Shown here: positions 27,268-37,574 of the stretch, one piece after another
Layout: every line of letters begins with the position of its first letter
How positions within the stretch are numbered: the first letter of the stretch is position 1
From: Planctomycetota bacterium
GTDB taxonomy: Bacteria; Planctomycetota; UBA1135; UBA2386
Length of the DNA stretch: 64,000 bases
Direction: 5' to 3'
Assembly (NCBI GenBank): GCA_041178545.1
Contig: JBEGVB010000062.1
Coordinates: 10 to 64,009 of the forward strand
Made by a program: the position numbers and the translations under genes
Notes under the pieces: generated by a model
What the model saw: the letters and a program-made list of their open reading frames with translations, nothing else
What the model was told of the DNA's origin: nothing
Databases searched by the model: none

Positions 27268-27573
27268 ATGGCCAAGACCAAGACTGCGACTGTGACCCCG
27301 CTCGGCGACCGCGTGCTCGTGAAGCGCGTTCAGGCCGACGAGAAGACCAAGGGCGGCATCATCCTGCCCGACACCGCCAAGGAGAAGCCGCGTGAAGGCG
27401 TCGTCGTGGCCGTCGGCAAGGGCAAGCTGCTCGACAACGGCTCGCGCCAGGCGCTGCAGGTCAAGAGCAACGACCGCGTGCTGTTCTCTTCCTATGCCGG
27501 CTCCGAGATCAAGCTGGACGGCGAAGAGCTGCTGATCCTCGGTGAGGACGAGATCCTCGCCGTCATCGAATGA
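27268..27573 (+). CDS. groES: co-chaperonin GroES
   Basis: ORF 27268..27573. LGDRVLVKR...[22 protein letters not shown], 101 aa. Confidence 0.97.
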   Translation: MAKTKTATVTPLGDRVLVKRVQADEKTKGGIILPDTAKEKPREGVVVAVGKGKLLDNGSRQALQVKSNDRVLFSSYAGSEIKLDGEELLILGEDEILAVIE

Positions 27574-27602
27574 TCTGAAGGACACCAAGAGGAGCTACAA
27601 CC

Positions 27603-29258
<1,656 letters not shown>

Positions 29259-29280
29259 GCCCGCGTCGACCTGCGCCCCA

Positions 29281-29314
29281 GACGGGCCGGTGCGCACGCG
29301 CGCACCGGCCCGTC
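29281..29314. terminator. 15-bp perfect stem-loop between convergent groEL and the phosphodiesterase-like gene (bidirectional terminator candidate)
   Basis: gacgggccggtgcgc-acgc-gcgcaccggcccgtc, 23 nt after the groEL stop. No U-tract. Confidence 0.65.
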
Positions 29315-29319
29315 GTCGT

Positions 29320-30696
29320 TCAGGGGGTGCGCGGCTCCGCGAGCATGCGGAGCATCAGGTCCTTCACGTCGGTGGCCGCGATGCTGGGCGCGGCGTAGCG
29401 CGGGTCAGAGCACAGGAAGACCGGACCAGCCTCGGCATCCTCGAGGATGCGCCCGTGCGTGCCCCGCACCATCGAGGGGTCGGTGGGGATGACGTCCATG
29501 AGGTAGCGGAACCCGAGCAGCTTCTTCGCCAGCGTCGCAGCGATCTTGAGCTTCGGGAACCTCAGCTTCGGGTCGAGGAACAGCTCTGCCGGGTCGTAGC
29601 CGGGCTTGCGGTGGATGTCGACCGTGGGCGCAAAGTCGGGCCTGCGCGCCTCGTCGAGCCAGTAGTGGTAGGCGAACCAGCAGCCCGGCTCGGCGATGCA
29701 GACGAGCTCACCGCTGCGCTCGTGGTCGATGCCGAGCTCGCGTTGCTGGGACCGGTCGAGCACGCGCGCGACGCCAGGGACGGCCCGCAGCAGCGAGGCC
29801 ACCTGCCCCACGTCGGCAGGGCGTTGCACGTAGACGTGGGCACACTGGTGGTCGGCCACGGCAAAGGCACGGCTGGCGCCGCAGTCGAGCAACTGGCCAT
29901 GGCTCGTCTCCTGCACCGTGAGCCACTTCCGTTCGTGCAGCACGCGGTTGAGGAACACGGGACGCTCGGCGCGCTCGATGCCGTACTCGCTGAGCACGAC
30001 GATGCGCGCGCCCTTGGCTCGGGCGGCCTCGATGAGTCGACCGGCCTCGCGGTCCAGCTCGGCCACGGCCTGCTGCGAACGCACGTCGTCGGGTCCGTAC
30101 CGCTGGTGGTCGTAGTCGAGGTGCGGCAGGTAGACGAGCATGGCGTCGGGGTCGTGGTCCTCGACCACCTTGATCGATGCACTTGCGATCCAACGGGTGC
30201 TGCGGATGCCGGCCTTGGGCCCCCAGAAGTCGAACAGCGGGAACGCGCCGTGCGCCCGCTGCAGCTCGGTCGCCAGCGATGCCGGGTGCGAGTAGATGCC
30301 GGGCTTCTTGAGCCCGTTGGCGTGGTACTCGGGACGCGGCGTGACCGAGAAGTCGACGTTCGCGTACATGTTCCACCACCAGAACATCTTGGCGAAGGTG
30401 ACCGAGGGGTCGCGGGCCTTGGCCGCGTCGTAGACCTTCTCGCCCTGGACCAGCTGGTTGGCCTGTCGCCACAGCCACACGACGGCCTGGTCGCGGAAGT
30501 ACCAGCCATTGGCCACGGCACCGTGGCCGCTGGGCAGCAGGCCAGTGAGGAAGGTTGCCTGCACGGTGCAGGTCACGGCAGGGAAGACCGTGCGCAGCGG
30601 CGCCACGAAGCCCTCGTTGGCGACCTTCGACAGGTTGGGCGCGCGCCTCAGGTCCTTCGGGCGCAGTCCCACGGCCAGCAGCACCAGCAGCTTCAT
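29320..30696 (-). CDS. alkaline-phosphatase-superfamily nucleotide pyrophosphatase/phosphodiesterase-like protein
   Basis: Distal part of ORF 29320..30780. ATG 30696 MKLLVLLAVGLRP. FPAVTCTVQATFLTGLLPSGHG (nucleophile Thr region), YLPHLDYDHQRYGP. Confidence 0.82.
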   Translation of the reverse strand: MKLLVLLAVGLRPKDLRRAPNLSKVANEGFVAPLRTVFPAVTCTVQATFLTGLLPSGHGAVANGWYFRDQAVVWLWRQANQLVQGEKVYDAAKARDPSVTFAKMFWWWNMYANVDFSVTPRPEYHANGLKKPGIYSHPASLATELQRAHGAFPLFDFWGPKAGIRSTRWIASASIKVVEDHDPDAMLVYLPHLDYDHQRYGPDDVRSQQAVAELDREAGRLIEAARAKGARIVVLSEYGIERAERPVFLNRVLHERKWLTVQETSHGQLLDCGASRAFAVADHQCAHVYVQRPADVGQVASLLRAVPGVARVLDRSQQRELGIDHERSGELVCIAEPGCWFAYHYWLDEARRPDFAPTVDIHRKPGYDPAELFLDPKLRFPKLKIAATLAKKLLGFRYLMDVIPTDPSMVRGTHGRILEDAEAGPVFLCSDPRYAAPSIAATDVKDLMLRMLAEPRTP

Positions 30697-30812
30697 GCCG
30701 CCAGTTTGCCCCTCGCGCGTCGTGGATGCCACGCAAGGGCCCCGGCCGTGGGGCATGTTCCCCGGGTGGATGTCTGGCAAGGGGCCGATTCGTGTCGTAG
30801 GGTCGAGGCTCG

Positions 30813-32018
30813 ATGAACACCGTGAGCACCGACCTGCAGGGAAAGACGCTGCCTCCGCCCTGGGACCGCATCTTCTCGCTGGGCACCAAGGTCTTCGTCT
30901 GGGGACTGCTGGTCGCGATCCTCTACATCCTGCGGCAGTTCCTGCTGCTCGTCTTCCTCACCTTCGTCTTCGCCTACATCCAGGCGATCGCCGTCGACGG
31001 CCTCGCAACGCGGATCCGCAACCGCGTCGTCCGCGTGGTGCTGGTGGGCCTGCTGTTCCTCGGCACCATCTTCGCCACGGGCTACAGCCTCGCACCCCAG
31101 GTGCAGGAGCAGACGAAGATCTTTGCCGAGAACTGGGACAAGTACCTGGTCGACGCGGACACCGCGGCGCACAAGTTCCTGCAGGAGAACCCCGAGTTCG
31201 CGAAGTGGTTCGACCGCGAGGAGGAGTCGGCAGCTGGCGGCAACGAGGTGCAGCAGCCACCGAACGACCCCGCAGCGAAGAAGGCAGGCCCGATCGTCAG
31301 CAACTTCCTCAAGCAGCTGCTGGGTTTCAACCCGGAGGAGGAGACCACGGCTGCAGGCAAGGAGGCGCTCACGCGCGAGCGCATCAAGCAGCTGGGCAAG
31401 TGGGGCGAGGACCTGCTCGGGTACGCATCGTCGTTCCTGCTGGCGATGCTCTTCTCGTTCCTCATGGTGCTCGACCTGCCCAAGATCGCACGCGGCATCT
31501 CCGGCCTGCGCGACACCAAGCTCGGCTTCATCTACGACGAGGTGGCGGACAGCATCGCCACCTTCGGCCGCGTCATGGGCCGTGCACTCGGTGCCCAGCT
31601 CGCCATTGCAGCGCTCAACACCGTGCTGACGGCCATCGGCATCTGGGTCCTCGGCCTGCCCAACGCGGTGTTCCTGTCCACCATCGTGTTCCTGTGCAGC
31701 TTCATCCCGGTGGCAGGCGTCTTCATCAGCTCGACGCCCATCTGCCTGCTGTCGCTGCAGGCAGGCGGCTTCCCGATGATGCTGCTCGCGATCGGGTTGA
31801 TCCTGCTGATCCACGCGATCGAGACCTACATCCTCAACCCGCGCATCTACGGGCACCACATGCGCATGAACCCGGTGCTCGTGCTCATCGTGCTCACCGT
31901 GGGCGGCAAGCTCTTCGGCGTCTGGGGCCTGATCCTCGGCATCCCGATCGTGAACTACGTGTTCCGGTACGCGGTGCGCTACCCGAAGGACCAGCCCAAC
32001 GACCTGCAGTCGGCCTGA
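30813..32018 (+). CDS. AI-2E family (PerM/YhhT-like) transporter
   Basis: ORF 30813..32018. Multi-pass membrane protein with typical family topology and conserved C-terminal FIPVAGVF...IETYILNPRIYG. Confidence 0.88.
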   Translation: MNTVSTDLQGKTLPPPWDRIFSLGTKVFVWGLLVAILYILRQFLLLVFLTFVFAYIQAIAVDGLATRIRNRVVRVVLVGLLFLGTIFATGYSLAPQVQEQTKIFAENWDKYLVDADTAAHKFLQENPEFAKWFDREEESAAGGNEVQQPPNDPAAKKAGPIVSNFLKQLLGFNPEEETTAAGKEALTRERIKQLGKWGEDLLGYASSFLLAMLFSFLMVLDLPKIARGISGLRDTKLGFIYDEVADSIATFGRVMGRALGAQLAIAALNTVLTAIGIWVLGLPNAVFLSTIVFLCSFIPVAGVFISSTPICLLSLQAGGFPMMLLAIGLILLIHAIETYILNPRIYGHHMRMNPVLVLIVLTVGGKLFGVWGLILGIPIVNYVFRYAVRYPKDQPNDLQSA

Positions 32019-32029
32019 GCGCAGCTCAG
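32015..32029. terminator. 6-bp palindrome containing both convergent stop codons (AI-2E transporter / Nif3)
   Basis: cTGAgc-gca-gcTCAg. Confidence 0.3.
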
Positions 32030-32829
32030 ACCACGCGGACCGGGTCCACGTCGCTCTTGGCGACGTGGACGGCCAGCGCGCCGTCGAATGCGTCGAGCAA
32101 GCGCTTGCGCAGCCGCGGCAGGTAGCCCCGCTCGGTGCCCGTGTGCTCTGCGAGCACGACGGTGGTGCCGGCTGCGACGGCTGCGAGCACGTCGTGGTGA
32201 CCCATCTCACCGGTGAGCCACAGGTCGGCTGCGGTGCCGCGCAGCACCGAGGCGCCGCTGCCCGCCGCCACGGCGATCGAGCGGATGCGGGTGCGCGGCT
32301 TCTCCGGCTGGGCGATGCGCAACTTCTTCACGCCGAGCCCGCGACGGATGCGCTGCAACAGCGCCGCGAGGGCCATGGGCCGGCCCAGCTGCACCAGCCT
32401 GCCGTAGTCTCCGTCGCCGCACGGACGCAACTCGGACACGGCACCCTTGGCACTCACCACCTCGGCAAGCCAGTCGGCGAGACCGCCAGGGGCCGCGTCG
32501 AGGGCCGTGTGGGGCGAGTAGACGGCGATGCCGGAACGAACGGCCTCGAGGAGCGTGCGCTGCCTGGCGTCGTCGCTGGCGAGCCGCTTGATCGGCTGGA
32601 AGATCGGCGGGTGGTAGCTGACCACCAGGCCCGCCTTCGCACGCCGGGCCTCGCGCAGCACCGCCTCGGTGCAGTCGATGGTGAGCATGCAGGCCCGCAA
32701 CGGCTTCTCCGCGGCTCCCTGCGGGTCCACCAGCAGTCCGGTGTTGTCCCACTCGGCAGCGAGTTCGAGGGGCGCGACCTCGTGCATCATGTCGAGCACG
32801 TCGCGCAGCGCAGGTGCGTTCTGGGCCAT
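32026..32829 (-). CDS. Nif3-family dinuclear metal-centre protein
   Basis: Distal part of ORF 32026..32865. ATG 32829. AAEWDNTGLLV, VVSYHPPIF, GEMGHHD. Confidence 0.85.
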   Translation of the reverse strand: MAQNAPALRDVLDMMHEVAPLELAAEWDNTGLLVDPQGAAEKPLRACMLTIDCTEAVLREARRAKAGLVVSYHPPIFQPIKRLASDDARQRTLLEAVRSGIAVYSPHTALDAAPGGLADWLAEVVSAKGAVSELRPCGDGDYGRLVQLGRPMALAALLQRIRRGLGVKKLRIAQPEKPRTRIRSIAVAAGSGASVLRGTAADLWLTGEMGHHDVLAAVAAGTTVVLAEHTGTERGYLPRLRKRLLDAFDGALAVHVAKSDVDPVRVV

Positions 32830-32867
32830 GGTGCCATCATGGCGGCGCCCACGGCCCGTGGCCAACC

Positions 32868-34118
32868 TCAGCTTGCGCCCGCGCTCACGATCACGAGTCG
32901 GTCCGGGTCCAGCCTGCGCTCGGCGGCCTCGCGCATCTGCTCGCGGGTGACCGAGCGGATGATCTCGGGATAGCGGTGCAGGTAGTCGAACCCGAGTCCG
33001 AAGCGCTTGGCGCGGATTGCGTAGGCGGCCAGGTTGCTGTTGCGCTCGAGGGCGAACACGAAACTGCCGGTGAGGTACGCCACCACGTCGTCGAGTTCCT
33101 GCTGGCTGCAGGGCTCCTTGCGGATCCTGCGGATCTCCTCGAGGAACCCGTCGACCGCCTTCTGGCGGTGCTCAGGTGAGGTTCCGATGTATGCCGTGAA
33201 CGTGCCGGGCTCCTCGCCGGCGCTCCCGGTGATGCCTGCGCTCACGCTGTAGCACAGCCCTTGTTCGTCCCGCAGCCTGCGGGAGCAGCGCGAGGTGAAG
33301 CCGGGTCCGGTGCCGAGCACGTGGTCCATCACCGACAGCACGTAGAAGTCCGGGTCCGTGCGCCGGATGCCGGGGTGCCCCAGGAACACGTGCACCTGCT
33401 CGCGCGCCATCGGGATGTGCACGTCGCGCGATGCCTTGGGCATGACGACCTCGGGCACCGCGGCATGCTTGGGGGTCCGACCCTTCATGCGGCCGAAGGA
33501 CTTTGCCAGCATGTCGAGCATGCGCTGCGGTTCCACCGGTCCGGCGGCGGCCACGTAGCCACCCTCGGGCGCGAAGAACTCGTCGTGGAAGCCACGCAGG
33601 TGCTTGGGCTCGAGACGCTTGACGCTCTTCACCGTGCCCTGCGACGGCCTGCCGAGCGGGTGCCTGCCGTAGACCTCCTTGCGGAAGCGGCGGCCGGCGA
33701 CCGAGCGCGGGTCGTCCTCGTCGGCGAGGATCTCGGTGAGGATCTCACCGCGCACGCGACGGATCTCCCGGCCCGGGAAGGTCGGTTCCAGCAGCATCTC
33801 GCGCAGCAGGGCGATTCCGTCCTTGGCTCTCTCGGCCGGGCACAGCATGGAGCCGCCCCGGTGGTTGGCACCGATTGCGCCGCCGATCGACTCGATGGCC
33901 GCTGCGAACTCCAGCGCGTCGTGGCGCTCGGTGCCCTCGTCGATGCACTCTCCAACGAGGTTGGCTAGGCCACACTGGTCCTCGGGCTCGTCACCCACGC
34001 GGATGTCGAAGGACGCAACAGTGGCAAACGTCTCCACACCCTCGTTGCGGACGGCAAGCAGGGTGAGACCGTTGTCGAGGTTGCGCTCGGCGATGTCGAG
34101 CTTGACCGGGCGGCTCAC
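32868..34118 (-). CDS. M16-family peptidase homologue lacking the HxxEH zinc site (non-catalytic partner subunit)
   Basis: Distal part of ORF 32868..34763. GTG 34118 overlaps the upstream stop (GTGA). Colinear with the upstream paralogue, but the zinc motif position reads GLANLVGECIDEGT. Confidence 0.8.
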   Translation of the reverse strand: MSRPVKLDIAERNLDNGLTLLAVRNEGVETFATVASFDIRVGDEPEDQCGLANLVGECIDEGTERHDALEFAAAIESIGGAIGANHRGGSMLCPAERAKDGIALLREMLLEPTFPGREIRRVRGEILTEILADEDDPRSVAGRRFRKEVYGRHPLGRPSQGTVKSVKRLEPKHLRGFHDEFFAPEGGYVAAAGPVEPQRMLDMLAKSFGRMKGRTPKHAAVPEVVMPKASRDVHIPMAREQVHVFLGHPGIRRTDPDFYVLSVMDHVLGTGPGFTSRCSRRLRDEQGLCYSVSAGITGSAGEEPGTFTAYIGTSPEHRQKAVDGFLEEIRRIRKEPCSQQELDDVVAYLTGSFVFALERNSNLAAYAIRAKRFGLGFDYLHRYPEIIRSVTREQMREAAERRLDPDRLVIVSAGAS

Positions 34119-35494
34119 TTTTCCCCCTTGCGTGCGCGGCGCGCAGTCCGGGCCGCGCCCTTGGCGGACTTGCTGATGCGGCTGCCCACCGGGACCGGCT
34201 TCTGCTTCTTGCCGGCCTTGGGCTTCCGTGCCTTGGCGGGCGCCGGGGTCGGCGCGGGCACCGACCACACCACGCACTTGCGGTCGAGGTCGAAGTGGCG
34301 GGCAGCCACCTCCACCAGCTCCTTGTTGTCGAGTGACGTGATGGTGGGCACCACGTGCTCGAGAGCCTGCCAGCCGCCGGGCTTCATCGACTCGAAGCGG
34401 GCGACCTTGAGGGCGGTGTCGAGCACGGTCTCGTCCTCGAACAGGAACGCCGCACGGATCTGCTCGCGGATGCGCGCAAGGTCCTTCTTGTCGACGCCTT
34501 TCTCGACCAGGCGACGGACTTCCTCGCAGGCCATGCGCTCGACCACCTCCGGGTCGGCGCCGTCGCGCAGCTCGAACAGCAGGAAGACAGCGCCGGGGTC
34601 CAGGCGCGCCTCGTTCATCACCGACAGGTTGGTGACGAGCTCTTCCTCGACGACGAGCCGCTTGTAGAGCAGCGAGTTCTTGCCGAGGCCGAGGTGGTGG
34701 CAGAGCACGTCGAGCGCGTAGTCGTCGCGCTCGCCGTTGCGGGTGCCGCGGAAGCCGATGCACATGCGCTTCACGGAGTGCGGTGTGTTCAGCACGGCGC
34801 GACGCTCGCCCTGCATGGGCGGCTCGGCCAGCACCTCGCGGCGGGCCTCGGCGCTCGCCGGGATCGAGCCGAACAGCTCGGTCACACGCTGCTTGGTGCG
34901 CTCGACGTCGATGTCACCGGCGATCACGAGGAAGGCGCGGTTGGGGCCGTAGTTGCGGTCGTAGTAGGCGCGCATCCCGGCAACGGTGAGGCGTTCGAGG
35001 TCCTGCTTCCAGCCGATCACCGGGTGGTGATACGGGTGCACCTGGAACAGCAGCGACTCCGTGGCCTGGTACAGCGGGCGCCAGGGCTCGTCCTCGCCCA
35101 TCGCGAGCTCCTCGAGCACGACGCTCTTCTCGCTGGTGAACTCGGTCGGGTCGAGCAGGCAGCTGCGCATGCGGCTCGCCTCGATCTCCAGTGCCGGCTC
35201 CCAGCGGTCGGAAGCCATCGCGAAGAAGTAGGCAGTGCCGTCGTTGTCGGTGAAGGCGTTGTTGGACCCGCCCATCTTGCTCGTGAGCAGGTCGATCTGC
35301 CCCTTCGCGTAGCGGTCGGTCCCCTTGAACATCATGTGCTCGAGGAAGTGCGACACCCCGGTCTCCCCGCTCAGTTCGTCGCGCGCGCCGACCTCGTACC
35401 AGAGCACCGTGGCGACCACGGGCAGTGAGTGACGCGGCAGCAGCAGCACGCGCATGCCGTTCTGGAGCAACAACGTCTCGACCTTGGGCAGCAT
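34115..35494 (-). CDS. M16-family (pitrilysin-type) zinc peptidase
   Basis: ORF 34115..35494. HFLEHMMFKGT (HxxEH). 459 aa with a Lys/Arg/Ala-rich tail. Confidence 0.9.
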   Translation of the reverse strand: MLPKVETLLLQNGMRVLLLPRHSLPVVATVLWYEVGARDELSGETGVSHFLEHMMFKGTDRYAKGQIDLLTSKMGGSNNAFTDNDGTAYFFAMASDRWEPALEIEASRMRSCLLDPTEFTSEKSVVLEELAMGEDEPWRPLYQATESLLFQVHPYHHPVIGWKQDLERLTVAGMRAYYDRNYGPNRAFLVIAGDIDVERTKQRVTELFGSIPASAEARREVLAEPPMQGERRAVLNTPHSVKRMCIGFRGTRNGERDDYALDVLCHHLGLGKNSLLYKRLVVEEELVTNLSVMNEARLDPGAVFLLFELRDGADPEVVERMACEEVRRLVEKGVDKKDLARIREQIRAAFLFEDETVLDTALKVARFESMKPGGWQALEHVVPTITSLDNKELVEVAARHFDLDRKCVVWSVPAPTPAPAKARKPKAGKKQKPVPVGSRISKSAKGAARTARRARKGEK

Positions 35495-36486
35495 CAGTCT
35501 CCCTCCACCATTCCCTTGGGGTCCGTCTCGCGGCGCGAGATCTCGACCAGGTCCTTCACCTCCGCAGGCGTCAGGTACCTCCAGCTGGACGTGCCGAGCC
35601 CGTGCAGCGTCAGGTCGCCGATGCGCACGCGCTTGAGCGAACGCACCGGGTAGCCGAGCTTGGCGAAGACGCGGCGGATCTCACGGTTCTTGCCCTCGCG
35701 CAGCATCACGCGCAGGAAGGTCTTGCCCGGGCCCTGGTGCTCGACGCGGATCTTCATGCCCGCAGTCGGGCCCTCCGACAGCCACACGCCGCCGCGCGCC
35801 TTCTCCAGGTCCTCGCGCTCGACCTTGCCGCGCACCTCGACTGCGTACACCTTGGGCACGCCGTAGCGCGGGTGCGTCATCTGCAGCGCGAAGTCGCCGT
35901 CGTTGGTCAGCAGCAGCAGGCCCTCGCTGTCGAGGTCGAGCCTGCCCACCGTGTAGATGCGGCCGCGCACCTCGGGCAGCAGGTCGATCACGCGCTTCTT
36001 CTGCTCGTGACGTGCATTGGTGCACACCACGCCAGCAGGCTTGTTGAACAGGATGTAGAGCTTCTTCTCCTGCTGGACGCGCCTCCCGTCGACGCGCACC
36101 TCGTCGCTGGCCGGGTCGATGCGCAGGCCGAGCTCGGTGACGATGTTCCCGTTCACCTCGACGCGGCCACCCGTGATGAGCTCGTCCGCGGCGCGGCGGC
36201 TGCTCACGCCCGACATGGCGAGGAAGCGGTTGAGACGGACCTTGCCGTCGTCCACCACCTGCTTCTCGCGCGGGGTGACGACCAGGCCGCGGCTGCGGCG
36301 CGTGGCCTTGGGCCGCCGCACAGGTCCTGCAGGCCGCTGCATCTCCTCGCCATCCTCGCGGCGTGCGCCACCGCGGGGACCACGTGCCCCGCGCGCGTCG
36401 CGTCCGCCTGCCGTGCCGCCTCCACCCTGACCGGTTCCGCGCTGCAAGCGCTGTCCCGGCCGCCTGTCCACGTGACGTCTGGCCAT
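35494..36486 (-). CDS. rluB: RsuA/RluB-family pseudouridine synthase with Arg/Gly-rich N-terminal extension
   Basis: Distal part of ORF 35494..36561. ATG 36486 overlaps the manA stop (TGATG). S4 domain RLNRFLAMSGVSSRRAADELI..GRVEVNG. Catalytic GRLDLDSEGLLLLTNDG. Confidence 0.85.
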   Translation of the reverse strand: MARRHVDRRPGQRLQRGTGQGGGGTAGGRDARGARGPRGGARREDGEEMQRPAGPVRRPKATRRSRGLVVTPREKQVVDDGKVRLNRFLAMSGVSSRRAADELITGGRVEVNGNIVTELGLRIDPASDEVRVDGRRVQQEKKLYILFNKPAGVVCTNARHEQKKRVIDLLPEVRGRIYTVGRLDLDSEGLLLLTNDGDFALQMTHPRYGVPKVYAVEVRGKVEREDLEKARGGVWLSEGPTAGMKIRVEHQGPGKTFLRVMLREGKNREIRRVFAKLGYPVRSLKRVRIGDLTLHGLGTSSWRYLTPAEVKDLVEISRRETDPKGMVEGD

Positions 36487-37484
36487 CAGCGTTGCCTGCC
36501 GGGTCCTGAGACCAGCAGCTCCATGCGTCCAATCGGTGAGAAGAAGACCTGCTCGATGCACGCGGGAACCACCGCGCAGTCACCGGTCTGCAGGAACAAG
36601 GGCTGGTCGTTGCCAGCCGAGTGCCACCCGAGCACGCCGCGCCCGGCCGTCACGTTGACGACCTGGAACGTGCCCTCCGTGGGCAGGACCATGCGGCCGT
36701 TGCCCTGCGCCGTCGGCGCGACCGTGAAGCGTCGCACGCGGAACTGCGGTGCCTCGACCACCAACGTCGAGCCGTCGGGCAGCTGCTGCGGCGGGACCAC
36801 CGGCCTGCCACCCGAGGCCGTGCCCTCGGCACCGAGGCGCGTGACGGCAAGCGCGTCCTGCACGTGCACCTCGCGGGGACGACCCCAGTCGTACAACCGG
36901 TAAGTGAGGTCGCTGTTCTGCTGCACCTCGAACACCACCACGTCGGGCCCGATCGCGTGCACCGTGCCCGCAGGCACGTGGATGCAGTCGCCCACCTCGG
37001 GCGTGAACTTCCACAGCAGCTCCTCGACGGCCGCAGTGGCTGCCACCGCACGGAACTGCGCATCGGTCACACCGGGTTTGGTGCCACGGATGATGCGGGC
37101 GTTCGGCCCCTTCTGCAGGACGACCCACGCCTCGTTCTTGCCACCGTCACCGCGTGCGCGCGCCTGCTCCTCGTCGGGATGCACCTGCACCGACAGCGCC
37201 TCGCGCGCGTCGATGTACTTGACCAGCAGGGGGAACCTGCCGCCGTGGCCGGTGCGCACGCCGCGGCCGAGCAGCGCCTCACGCTGGGTCGCCATCAGTT
37301 CGGCCAGCGTGGTCTGGCTGCCGCGCAGCACCGAGGAGCCCTCGGGCCGGTCGTACAGCTCCCACGTCTCGCCCACCTGCTCACCGGGGGGCAGCGTGAG
37401 GCCGAGCGCCTGCTCCAGCCCGCGTCCGCCCCACACCTTGGAGAGGATCTTTCGTTCGACGAGGAAGGGCTTGAGGGCGGACAT
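36486..37484 (-). CDS. manA: type I phosphomannose isomerase (cupin)
   Basis: ORF 36486..37484. KVWGG...GETWEL, FPLLVKYIDAREALSVQVHPD, NEAWVVL, HAIG. Confidence 0.78.
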   Translation of the reverse strand: MSALKPFLVERKILSKVWGGRGLEQALGLTLPPGEQVGETWELYDRPEGSSVLRGSQTTLAELMATQREALLGRGVRTGHGGRFPLLVKYIDAREALSVQVHPDEEQARARGDGGKNEAWVVLQKGPNARIIRGTKPGVTDAQFRAVAATAAVEELLWKFTPEVGDCIHVPAGTVHAIGPDVVVFEVQQNSDLTYRLYDWGRPREVHVQDALAVTRLGAEGTASGGRPVVPPQQLPDGSTLVVEAPQFRVRRFTVAPTAQGNGRMVLPTEGTFQVVNVTAGRGVLGWHSAGNDQPLFLQTGDCAVVPACIEQVFFSPIGRMELLVSGPGRQR

Positions 37485-37574
37485 GGCGGGGCGGGCAGGC
37501 CGTTGGGGGCAAAGGTTGTATCCGCAGCGCCGCCTGCCTGCACGCCCGCCAGCCCTGCGCCACGGTGATTCGGG

